From NCBI GenBank assembly GCA_964620265.1, contig CAZUGY010000002.1:13504-77503 (forward strand): 64,000 nt of DNA, written 5' to 3'. The notes beneath the pieces are model-generated. The model saw only the letters and a list, made by a program, of their open reading frames with translations. It did not search any database and was not told where the DNA came from. This DNA comes from an uncultured Alcaligenaceae bacterium (lineage in GTDB: Bacteria; Pseudomonadota; Gammaproteobacteria; Burkholderiales; Casimicrobiaceae). Shown here in pieces: positions 10,278-19,220 of the stretch; the stretch's first letter is position 1; every line of letters begins with the position of its first letter. The position numbers and the translations under genes are program-made.

Positions 10278-11166
10278 CGTCATCGACAACACGGCGCCCG
10301 CCGTGACCCCCACGCAGCTTCGCGTCGAGCCGCTGACCTGCGCCATCGGCGCGGAAGTCCTCGGCGTGAGTCTCGGCGACGCCGCGCGCGACGACGGGCT
10401 GTTCGCGCAGATTCGCGCCCTGCTCCTGCGGCACAAGGTGCTGTTCCTGCGCAACCAGGACATCACGCGCGCCGAGCACGTCGCGTTCGCGCGCAGGTTC
10501 GGCGACCTCGAGGATCACCCGGTGGCCGGCAGCGATCCCGACCACCCCGGCCTCGTGCGCATCTACAAGTCACCCGACCAGCCCAACGACCGCTACGAGA
10601 ACGCGTGGCATACCGACGCGACGTGGCGCGAGAAGCCGCCGTTCGGCTGCGTGCTGCGCTGTGTGGAGTGCCCGCCGGTGGGCGGCGACACCATGTGGGC
10701 GAACATGGCCCTTGCCTACGAGCGCCTGCCCGATCACGTGAAGGCACAGATCGCCGGCCTGCGCGCGCGCCACAGCATCGAGGCGACGTTCGGCGCCGCC
10801 ATGCCGATCGAGAGGCGCCTGGCGCTCAAGGCGCAGTTCCCGGACGCCGAGCACCCGGTCGTGCGCACGCACCCGGAAACCGGCGAGAAGGTCCTGTTCG
10901 TCAACGCGTTCACGACGCACTTCACGAACTTCCACACCCCGGAGCGCGTGCGCTACGGCCAGGACTACAGCCCCGGCGCCGCCCAGCTCCTCGAGTACCT
11001 CGTCAGCCAGGCGCTCATCCCCGAGTACCAGGTCCGCTGGCGCTGGGAGCCCAACGCGGTCGCCATCTGGGACAACCGCTGCACGCAGCATTACGCAGTC
11101 ATGGACTACCCGCCGTGTCACCGGAAGATGGAGCGCGCCGGGATCATGGGGGACACGCCTTTCTAG
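10270..11166 (+). CDS. TauD/TfdA-family Fe(II)/2-oxoglutarate dioxygenase
   Basis: WHTD (HxD), GGDTMW, EHPVVRTHPETG and IWDNRCTQHYA (distal His) followed by a conserved Arg. Confidence 0.93.
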   Translation: MTNVIDNTAPAVTPTQLRVEPLTCAIGAEVLGVSLGDAARDDGLFAQIRALLLRHKVLFLRNQDITRAEHVAFARRFGDLEDHPVAGSDPDHPGLVRIYKSPDQPNDRYENAWHTDATWREKPPFGCVLRCVECPPVGGDTMWANMALAYERLPDHVKAQIAGLRARHSIEATFGAAMPIERRLALKAQFPDAEHPVVRTHPETGEKVLFVNAFTTHFTNFHTPERVRYGQDYSPGAAQLLEYLVSQALIPEYQVRWRWEPNAVAIWDNRCTQHYAVMDYPPCHRKMERAGIMGDTPF

Positions 11167-11170
11167 CGCC

Positions 11171-11233
11171 GTCCCCGAAAGACAAGTTCGTGACACTCGC
11201 GATCAAGCATCGCGCGAGGCCGGCGCGGACAAT
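11171..11233 (+). promoter_or_regulatory. AraC-type activated promoter P2, same architecture as P1
   Basis: GTCcccgaaagaCAA at 11171-11185, GACactcgcgatCAA at 11192-11206 (21 bp period), and GACAAT at 11228-11233, 24 nt after the start of the second CAA, exactly as in P1. Confidence 0.68.
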
Positions 11234-11363
11234 GTGATTCACGGGTACGGCCGGCAACACGGCCGGCCCGCGAACAACGACGGCGCTTTCCGGGCGCCGC
11301 GGCAGCACCGAAGACCCGCACACAAGGGTAAATGAACTCCGAAGGGTTCAGGGAGGGCTACGC

Positions 11364-12404
11364 ATGTACCGTCACATCCTGGTTCCGATCGACGACTCGC
11401 CGCTCGCGATAGACACCGTGCAGCAGGCGGTCACGTTCGCGCGCTCGATCGGCGCGAAGGTGACATTCTTCCATGCCCAGCACGACTACGCCGCCTCGAG
11501 CCTCGGGGCGCTCGACCGGGTCATGTCGCCGGGCGCCTTCAACGAAGAGGTCGCCGGCGAGGCACGCGCGCTGCTCGCGAAGGCCGAGGTCGTCGCGCGC
11601 ACCGCGGGCGTCCCGCACGACGCGCTCGCGATGACCTGCGACCGTCCGCACGAGGCGATCCTCGGCGCCGCCGAGGCGCACGGCTGCGACCTCATCTTCA
11701 TGGCGTCGCACGGGCGCCGCGGCCTCACGGGCCTCGTGCTGGGCTCGCAGACGAGCAAGGTGCTGCAGGCGGCCTCCATCCCGGTGCTGGTCGCCACGGT
11801 GGAGAGCAACCGCGCGCCCTCGTCGGCCGACGCCGCACTCATGGTGGTGCGCGACGAGCACCGCTCGCTCGCGGCGGTCATCCACGGGCTCGAGTTCGTC
11901 GTCCGCGAGGCACGCGAGCGCGGCACGCCGGCGTCGGTGCCGCTCCTGCGCGCGATCGTGCGCTATGTCCATGACTTTCCGGAGACGCTGCATCACCCCA
12001 AGGAGGACACCTACCTCTTCCCGCTCCTGCGCGCGCGCACGACCGAGTACGACGCCACGCTCGACGCGCTCGCCCGGCAGCACGAGACGGGGACCGCGCT
12101 CACGCAGGCACTGTCGCGCGCGGTGGATGCCTACGCCGCGGATCCCGCGCAGGGCCTGCCCGTCCTCGCCGACGCGGCCGCGGCGTTCGCCACCGCGCAG
12201 ATGGAGCACATGCTCCTCGAGACGAAGGTGATCATCCCCGCGGCGCGCAGGCACCTCACCGCCGAGGACTGGACGCTCGTCGCGGACGCGTTCGGCCAGA
12301 ACGGCGATCCGCGCTTCTCCATCGATGCGGACGAGGAATACCGCCACCTCTTCGCACGCATCCTGAATCTCGCGCCGGCCGGCGTCGTCGGCAGCGCGCA
12401 ATGA
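11364..12404 (+). CDS. Universal stress protein fused to a hemerythrin-like (HHE) domain
   Basis: N-terminal USP (YRHILVPIDDS; DLIFMASHGRRGLTGLVLGSQTSKVL). C-terminal EHRSL, HHPKED, QHETG and EHMLLE metal-ligand pattern. Confidence 0.85.
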   Translation: MYRHILVPIDDSPLAIDTVQQAVTFARSIGAKVTFFHAQHDYAASSLGALDRVMSPGAFNEEVAGEARALLAKAEVVARTAGVPHDALAMTCDRPHEAILGAAEAHGCDLIFMASHGRRGLTGLVLGSQTSKVLQAASIPVLVATVESNRAPSSADAALMVVRDEHRSLAAVIHGLEFVVREARERGTPASVPLLRAIVRYVHDFPETLHHPKEDTYLFPLLRARTTEYDATLDALARQHETGTALTQALSRAVDAYAADPAQGLPVLADAAAAFATAQMEHMLLETKVIIPAARRHLTAEDWTLVADAFGQNGDPRFSIDADEEYRHLFARILNLAPAGVVGSAQ

Positions 12405-12430
12405 ACATCATTCCACAGGGGAGACCTGAC

Positions 12431-14275
12431 ATGCACCGTTCCTTCACGTTCCGCCGCACGGCGGCCGCCGCCGCACTTGCCGCGCTGTTCGCAGCGCCGG
12501 CGCTCGCCTTCGAGATCGACACCGGCAATCCCGACCTCGAGCTGCGCTGGGACAACACCTTCCGCTACAACCTGGGCGGTCGCGTGCAGGACCAGAACCC
12601 GGCGATCCTGGGCGCCGTGAACAACGACGACGGCGACCGCAACTTCGACAAGGGCTCGCTCGTCACCAACCGCCTCGACATCCTGTCCGAGTTCGACTTC
12701 GTGTGGCAGAAGAGCTACGGTGCGCGCGTGAGCGCGGCGCTGTGGTACGACGACGCCTACCGCAGCCTCGACAACACCTTCACGGCGACCGCCAACACGC
12801 TGGTCAACGGCCTGCCCGCGGCCGGCCAGCTGTCGCCGTACAGCAAGCGCTTCCTCGAGGGCCCGTCGGCCGAGTGGCTCGACGCCTTCGGCTTCGCGAA
12901 CTTCGAGGCACTCGGCATGCAATGGAACGTCAAGGCCGGCCAGCACACCGTGTACTGGGGCGACAGCCTCCTGCTCGGCGGCGCCGTCCATGGCGTGTCG
13001 TATGCGCAGAACTCGATCGACCTCATGAAAGGCTTCGGCACGCCGGGCGCGGAAGCGAAGGAGCTGTTCCGTCCCAAGGGCGGCATCACGCTGCAGACGC
13101 AGGCGACCAAGGACCTGTCGATCGCCGGCCAGTGGTTCTACAACTGGCAGGCCGTGCGCGCGCCCGAGTCGGGCAGCTACCTGACCGCGCACGACGCACT
13201 GCAGTTCGGCGGCGACTCGCTGGTCTTCGGCCCGAATCCGTTCGCCGCGGCGATCCCCGGCGCGCCGGCGTTCACCCGCCTGTGGAACCAGCAGGCGATC
13301 CCCGCGTCGCGCTACAGCGCGAGCCTGGGCGACTGGGGCATCTCCGCGCGCTGGAGCCCGGACTGGCTCGACGGCACGATGGGCTTCTATTTCCGCAACG
13401 CGACCGACATCCTGCCGCAGACGGTCGTCATCCCCGGCTTCGCGGCGCTGCCGGCGGCCACCTGCCAGGCCATCGGCGGCATCGTGGTGGCGCCCACCGC
13501 GTGCATCATCAATCCCAAGGCGACGAGCGTCGCCGACCTCACGCAGAGGGGCAAGGTCGGCGAATACCGGACGGCATACGGCGACAACATCCACATCTTC
13601 GGCGTGACGCTCTCCAAGAACATCGGCGGCGTCAGCGTGGGCGCGGAGCTCTCGTACCGCCAGAACATGCCGCTGCTGTCGGACCCGGTGCAGGCGCTGC
13701 CGACGCCGCTCGTCAATGCCGCCGCGGGCCAGATCTCGATCAACAACATTCCGGAGAACGGCACGCCCGGCGCGCTCGGCGACACCTTCCACGGCGTCCT
13801 CAACGGCTTCTGGATCATGTCCAAGACGCCGCTCTTCGACAGCGCGACGTTCGCGGCGGAAGGCACGTGGATGCGCTGGAGCCGGGTGACGCAGAACGAG
13901 GCGGTATTCAAGGGCCGCGACGGCTACACTGCGATCGACAAGCCGTCGCGCGACTTCTTCGGCATCGCCTTCAACGTCACGCCGACCTGGTTCCAGGTGT
14001 GGCCGGGCGTGGACCTGCTGGCGCCGATGTCGTATTCGCGCGGCGTGTCCGGCAATGCCGCCGTCTTCCTCGGGGGCAACGAAGCTGCCGGCAACTATGC
14101 CGTGGGCCTCGCCGCCGACATCTACTCGAAGTACCGCATCGACCTCAAGTACACCGGTTACTTCGGCGACTACTCGACCAATGAGGCGACGGGCGCGGCG
14201 ACCACGTTCAACGGCGTGTTCGGCTCGCTGTCCGACCGCGGCTGGGTCTCTCTCACGTTCAAGACCACGTTCTAA
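12431..14275 (+). CDS. DUF1302-family outer-membrane beta-barrel protein
   Basis: Signal peptide, WDNTFRYN, NNDDGDRNF, KAGQHTVYWGDSL and a terminal DRGWVSLTFKTTF beta-signal. Confidence 0.85.
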   Translation: MHRSFTFRRTAAAAALAALFAAPALAFEIDTGNPDLELRWDNTFRYNLGGRVQDQNPAILGAVNNDDGDRNFDKGSLVTNRLDILSEFDFVWQKSYGARVSAALWYDDAYRSLDNTFTATANTLVNGLPAAGQLSPYSKRFLEGPSAEWLDAFGFANFEALGMQWNVKAGQHTVYWGDSLLLGGAVHGVSYAQNSIDLMKGFGTPGAEAKELFRPKGGITLQTQATKDLSIAGQWFYNWQAVRAPESGSYLTAHDALQFGGDSLVFGPNPFAAAIPGAPAFTRLWNQQAIPASRYSASLGDWGISARWSPDWLDGTMGFYFRNATDILPQTVVIPGFAALPAATCQAIGGIVVAPTACIINPKATSVADLTQRGKVGEYRTAYGDNIHIFGVTLSKNIGGVSVGAELSYRQNMPLLSDPVQALPTPLVNAAAGQISINNIPENGTPGALGDTFHGVLNGFWIMSKTPLFDSATFAAEGTWMRWSRVTQNEAVFKGRDGYTAIDKPSRDFFGIAFNVTPTWFQVWPGVDLLAPMSYSRGVSGNAAVFLGGNEAAGNYAVGLAADIYSKYRIDLKYTGYFGDYSTNEATGAATTFNGVFGSLSDRGWVSLTFKTTF

Positions 14276-14287
14276 GGAGTACCGCAC

Positions 14288-15649
14288 ATGTTCGACAAGA
14301 CTCTCGTTGCCCTGGCCTTCGCGTCGCTCGCGGGCACCGCCTTCGCCGCGGTCTCCGCCGAGGAGGCGAAGCAGCTCGGCACCACGCTCACCGCCGTCGG
14401 TGCCGAGAAGGCCGGCAACAAGGAAGGCACCATTCCCGCCTACACCGGCGGGCTGAAGGAGATCCCCGCGTCCTACAAGCAGGGCAGCGGCATCCGTCCG
14501 TCGCCCTTCGAGGCGGAGAAGCCCCGGCTGGTCATCGATGCCAAGAACGCGGCGCAGCACGCGGACAAGCTGACGGAGGGCACCAAGGAGCTCCTGAAGC
14601 GCTACCCCGCCACGATGCGCCTCGACGTGTATCCCACGCAGCGCGTGGTCGCGTTGCCCGCGAAGGTGCTCGCCAACACCGCGAAGAACGCGGTCGGCAC
14701 CAAGAGCGTGAACGACGGCCTCGGCGTGGAGAACATGCTCCCGGGCATCCCGTTCCCCATTCCGAAGACGGGCAACGAGGCGATGTGGAACCACCTCGTG
14801 CGCTATCCGGGTGTGGCCTACGTGCAGAAGTACGAGAACTGGAACGTCGACTCGGCCGGCGTGCCGACGCTCGCCACCGCGGGCACGCTCACCAACGAGT
14901 TCCCGCTGTTCGATCCGAAGCGCCCCGAAGGCGCCGCGAAGGAGAGCGATCCCTTCTGGAAGATCAAGGTGCTCTACACGGGACCCGCGCGCCGGGCCGG
15001 CGAGGCGCTGATGGTCGTCGACTCGGTCAATCCGATCGTGCAGGGCCGGCGGGCGTGGCAATACCTCCCGGGACAGCGCCGCGTGAAGCTCGCGCCGGAC
15101 CTGTCCTACGACACGCCGAACGCAGGCACGGCGGGCACCTCGACCTATTCGGACGCGTTCGTGTTCAACGGCGCGATGGACCGCTTCGACTGGAAGCTCG
15201 TGGGCAAGAAGGAGATGTACGTCCCGTACAACGGCTACAAGCTCATGTACGCGAAGGACATCAAGCCCGCGCTCACGCCGAATCACGTCAATCCCGAGTT
15301 CATGCGCTGGGAGCTGCATCGCGTCTGGGTCGTGGAAGCGACGCTCAAGCCGGGCAAGCGCGACCTGTACAGCAAGCGCGTGTATTACCTCGACGAGGAC
15401 AGCTGGGCCGCGCTCGCCGCCGACCAGTACGACAACAAGGGGCAGCTCTACCGCGCCACGATCGTCAACCCGACGTGGAGCTACGACGCGAGTGCCGTGA
15501 ACATCGACAACTACACGTTCTACGACTTTTCCTCGGGCTCGTACGCCGTCGTCGGCGCCTCCGGAAGGTCCGATGGCATCCGCTACGTCGATCCGCTGCC
15601 CGAGCTGCAGTGGGCGTCGGAGTCGCTGGCGGGGTCGGGGATCCGTTGA
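14288..15649 (+). CDS. DUF1329-family periplasmic protein (LolA-like lipid-shuttle fold)
   Basis: Signal peptide, LTAVGAEKAGN, IPAYTGG, PFPIPKTGNEAMWNH, AWQYLPGQRRVK, RWELHRVWVVEATLKPGKR and YLDEDSW. Confidence 0.88.
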   Translation: MFDKTLVALAFASLAGTAFAAVSAEEAKQLGTTLTAVGAEKAGNKEGTIPAYTGGLKEIPASYKQGSGIRPSPFEAEKPRLVIDAKNAAQHADKLTEGTKELLKRYPATMRLDVYPTQRVVALPAKVLANTAKNAVGTKSVNDGLGVENMLPGIPFPIPKTGNEAMWNHLVRYPGVAYVQKYENWNVDSAGVPTLATAGTLTNEFPLFDPKRPEGAAKESDPFWKIKVLYTGPARRAGEALMVVDSVNPIVQGRRAWQYLPGQRRVKLAPDLSYDTPNAGTAGTSTYSDAFVFNGAMDRFDWKLVGKKEMYVPYNGYKLMYAKDIKPALTPNHVNPEFMRWELHRVWVVEATLKPGKRDLYSKRVYYLDEDSWAALAADQYDNKGQLYRATIVNPTWSYDASAVNIDNYTFYDFSSGSYAVVGASGRSDGIRYVDPLPELQWASESLAGSGIR

Positions 15650-16686
15650 AGCTTCTGCGCACCTTCGTCCTCTGCGCCGGCGCGGTCGCGCTGCCCGCCG
15701 GGGCAGCCGGCTTCGTCGACGTGCTGGCGCAGCCGGCCGTGATGTCGCCGCTGGCGAGCCGGTCGCTCATGCAGGCGGTGGCACGCGCAGGGACGAAGCT
15801 CGTCGCCGTCGGCCAGCGCGGGCACGTGCTCGTGTCGGCCGACGACGGCAAGACCTGGAAGCAGTCGCCGGTGCCCGTGAGCTCCGATCTCACGGCCGTG
15901 CATTTCGTCGACGACCGCAGGGGATGGGCCGTCGGCCACGACGGCGTGATCCTCGCTTCCGGGGACGGCGGTGCATCGTGGACGCTGCAGCTCGACGGCG
16001 CGCGCGCGAACCAGGCGCTGGTCGACGACCTCGCGCGCAAGCCCGAGGCGCAGGCGCTGCTCGCGGAAGCGAACCGCAATCTCGAGCAGGGTCCGGACAA
16101 GCCCTTCCTCGACGTGTGGTTCGCGGACGAGAAGGTCGGCTTCGCCGTCGGCGCCTACAACCTCGCATTCCGCACGGAAGACGGCGGGAAGACCTGGCAG
16201 CCGTGGTTCGATCGCATCGACAATCCCAAGCTGCTGAACCTGTATGCGATCCGCCCTGCGGCCGGCGAGCTGTTCATCGTCGGCGAGGCGGGCCTGGTGC
16301 TGAAGCTCGATGCGCCGGCGCAGCGCTTCCGCGCGGTCGAGCTGCCGTACCAGGGCACGCTCCTCGGCATCACCGGCAGCGCGGACGCGGTGATCGTGTT
16401 CGGCCTGCGCGGCCAGGCGTGGCGCAGCGAGGACGCCGGGAAGACATGGAGCAAGGTCGACGCGGGATTGCCGGCGACGATCGTCGCCGGAACGCCGGTG
16501 GCCGGCCAGGGATTCGCGCTCGCCGACGCGAGCGGACGCGTCAGCGTCTCGCGCGACGGCGGCCGCAACTTCCGGGCGGCGTCCCTTCCGCCCTCGATGA
16601 TGCTTGCCGGCATGGCCGACGCCGGCGAGGGCCGCCTCGCCCTCGCGGGCGCCCGCGGCGTGACGGTCGTCGCGCTGCCGCGCTGA
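15646..16686 (+). CDS. YCF48/BNR-repeat beta-propeller protein
   Basis: TTG start overlaps the upstream stop. Repeated Asp-box motifs (SADDGKTW, SGDGGASW, TEDGGKTW, SEDAGKTW, SRDGGRNF). Confidence 0.85.
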   Translation: MKLLRTFVLCAGAVALPAGAAGFVDVLAQPAVMSPLASRSLMQAVARAGTKLVAVGQRGHVLVSADDGKTWKQSPVPVSSDLTAVHFVDDRRGWAVGHDGVILASGDGGASWTLQLDGARANQALVDDLARKPEAQALLAEANRNLEQGPDKPFLDVWFADEKVGFAVGAYNLAFRTEDGGKTWQPWFDRIDNPKLLNLYAIRPAAGELFIVGEAGLVLKLDAPAQRFRAVELPYQGTLLGITGSADAVIVFGLRGQAWRSEDAGKTWSKVDAGLPATIVAGTPVAGQGFALADASGRVSVSRDGGRNFRAASLPPSMMLAGMADAGEGRLALAGARGVTVVALPR

Positions 16687-16702
16687 CCACCGCGGAACTG
16701 CC

Positions 16703-19180
16703 ATGATGACGAGCGACGACAGCGCGGGTGAGATGCCCGTCGTGCGGGCGCTGGGCGACTTCGACCGCAACTCCGGCAACGCCCTCGAGCGGCTCGTGTT
16801 CAACCACCGCCGCACCATGCTCGCGGTGTGCGCGGCGATCACCGTCGTGCTCGCCTTCTTCGCCGTCACGAAGCTCGTGCTCAATGCGAGCTTCGAGAAG
16901 ATGATTCCGCAGGGCCAGGCGTACATCCAGAACTACCTCACCTACCAGAAGGACCTGCGCGGCCTCGGCAACGTGCTGCGCGTCGTCGTGGAGAACACGA
17001 GTGGCGACATCTACGATCCCGCCTACCTCGAGACGCTGAAGGAGATCAACGACGAGCTCGTCGTGACGCCCGGCGTGGATCGCGCGTGGGTCAAGTCGCT
17101 GTGGATGCCTGCGGTGCGCTGGACCGAGGTCACCGAGGAGGGCTTCCGCGGCGGGCCGGTGATGCCGCCGAGCTTCGACGGCTCGCCCGCATCGGTGGAG
17201 CAGCTGAAGCAGAACGTCGCGCGTGCCGGGATCCTGGGCAGCCTCGTCGCCGACGACCGCAAGTCGTCCATGATCTTCGTGCCGCTGCTCGACCGCGAGC
17301 CCGGCACCGGCAAGCGCATCGATTATCACGGGCTGTCGCGCGTGCTGGAGGACAAGATCCGCGGCAAGTACGAGCTGGCCCACGCGGTGGACGCCGCGGC
17401 CGCGAAGGCGCCCGCGCACGTCAAGGTCCACGTGATCGGATTCGCCAAGCTGATCGGCGAGCTGATCGACGGGCTGGTCAAGGTCATGGCCTTCTTCGCC
17501 GTGGCCGCGGCGATCGCGACCGCCATCATCTACGCCTACACGCGCTGCGTGCGCAGCACGGCACTGGTGATCGCCTGCTCGCTCGTCGCCGTCATCTGGC
17601 AGCTCGGCCTGGTCGCGCTGCTGGGCTTCGAGCTCGACCCCTATTCGATCCTGGTGCCCTTCCTCGTATTCGCGATCGGCGTGTCGCACGGCGCGCAGAA
17701 GATGAACGGCATCATGCAGGACATCGGGCGCGGCACGCACAAGCTGGTCGCGGCGCGCTACACCTTCCGCCGCCTCTTCCTCGCCGGCCTCACCGCGCTG
17801 CTGGCCGACGCCGTCGGCTTCGGGGTGCTGATGGTGATCGACATCCCGGTCATCCGCGAGCTCGCCATCACCGCGAGTATCGGCGTCGCCGTGCTGATCT
17901 TCACCAACCTGCTGCTCCTGCCCGTGCTGCTGTCGTATACCGGCGTGAGCGCGTCCGCCGCGCAGCGCAGCCTCGCCGAAGAGCGCGCGGAAACGCGCGG
18001 ACGGGGCCTGGGCAAGCTGTGGCTGCTGCTCGACCGCTTCACCACGCGGCGCTATGCCACGGCGGCGGTCGCCGTCGCGGCGGTGCTGGCCGTCGGCGGC
18101 TTCGCGGTCGCGACGAAGCTCGCGATCGGCGACCTCGACCCCGGCGCGCCCGAGCTTCGCCGCGACTCGCGCTACAACCGCGACACGGCCTACGTCACGA
18201 GCCACTACGCGCTGTCGTCCGACCAGTTCGCCGTCATCGTGAAGACCGAGCGCGACGGCTGCCTCCACTACGAAACGCTGGTCGAAGCGGACCGCCTGGG
18301 CTGGACGCTGCGCCAGGTCCCCGGCGTGCAGGCGACCGTCTCGCTCGCCGATTCGGTGCGCCAGATCACCGCCGGCTCGTTCGAAGGCAGCCCCAAGTGG
18401 CTCACGATCAACCGCAACCAGGACGTCCTCAACTTCGCGGGACAGCAGACCTCGGTCAACAACCCCGACCTCTTCAATCTCGACTGCTCCGTGATGCCGG
18501 TGATCGCCTACCTGGCCGATCACAAGGCGGACACGCTCGATCGCGTGGTCGAGGCCGTGCGCGCCTTCGCCGCCGAGCACGACACCGAGGACCGCAAGTT
18601 CCTGCTCGCCGCCGGCACCGCCGGGATCGAGGCCGCCACCAACATCGTCGTGCGCGACGCCAACCGGACGATGCTCCTGTACGTCTACGCCGCGGTGATC
18701 GTGCTCTGCTTCATCACCTTCCGGAGCTGGCGCGCGGTGATCGTCGCCGTCGTGCCGCTCGCGATCACATCGATCCTCTGCGAGGCGCTGATGGTCGCGC
18801 TCGGCATGGGCGTCAAGGTGGCCACCCTCCCCGTCATCGCGCTCGGCGTCGGCATCGGCGTCGACTACGCGCTCTACCTGCTGTCGGTGCAGCTCGCGCA
18901 GCAACGCCGCGGCGTGCCGCTCACGCAGGCGTACCGCAACGCCGTGCAGTTCACCGGCAAGGTGGTGGCGCTCGTCGGCGTGACGCTCGCCGCGGGCGTG
19001 ATCACGTGGGCGTTCTCGCCCATCAAGTTCCAGGCCGACATGGGCATCCTGCTCACGTTCATGTTCCTGTGGAACATGATCGGCGCCCTGGTCCTCATTC
19101 CGGCGCTGTCGTACTTCCTGCTGCCGACGAGCGTCGTCGCAGGCCGGATCCCGGCCCGCCGCGCGATGGCGGCGGCCTGA
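16703..19180 (+). CDS. MMPL/HpnN-type RND transporter associated with DUF1302/DUF1329
   Basis: 825 aa with two membrane halves (AIGVSHGAQKMNG and GIGVDYALYLL), KFQADMGILLTFMF, and large periplasmic loops. Confidence 0.88.
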   Translation: MMTSDDSAGEMPVVRALGDFDRNSGNALERLVFNHRRTMLAVCAAITVVLAFFAVTKLVLNASFEKMIPQGQAYIQNYLTYQKDLRGLGNVLRVVVENTSGDIYDPAYLETLKEINDELVVTPGVDRAWVKSLWMPAVRWTEVTEEGFRGGPVMPPSFDGSPASVEQLKQNVARAGILGSLVADDRKSSMIFVPLLDREPGTGKRIDYHGLSRVLEDKIRGKYELAHAVDAAAAKAPAHVKVHVIGFAKLIGELIDGLVKVMAFFAVAAAIATAIIYAYTRCVRSTALVIACSLVAVIWQLGLVALLGFELDPYSILVPFLVFAIGVSHGAQKMNGIMQDIGRGTHKLVAARYTFRRLFLAGLTALLADAVGFGVLMVIDIPVIRELAITASIGVAVLIFTNLLLLPVLLSYTGVSASAAQRSLAEERAETRGRGLGKLWLLLDRFTTRRYATAAVAVAAVLAVGGFAVATKLAIGDLDPGAPELRRDSRYNRDTAYVTSHYALSSDQFAVIVKTERDGCLHYETLVEADRLGWTLRQVPGVQATVSLADSVRQITAGSFEGSPKWLTINRNQDVLNFAGQQTSVNNPDLFNLDCSVMPVIAYLADHKADTLDRVVEAVRAFAAEHDTEDRKFLLAAGTAGIEAATNIVVRDANRTMLLYVYAAVIVLCFITFRSWRAVIVAVVPLAITSILCEALMVALGMGVKVATLPVIALGVGIGVDYALYLLSVQLAQQRRGVPLTQAYRNAVQFTGKVVALVGVTLAAGVITWAFSPIKFQADMGILLTFMFLWNMIGALVLIPALSYFLLPTSVVAGRIPARRAMAAA

Positions 19181-19220
19181 CCCGGCCTGCATTCCCCGTC
19201 CAACGAACGAGATCCCCGTC

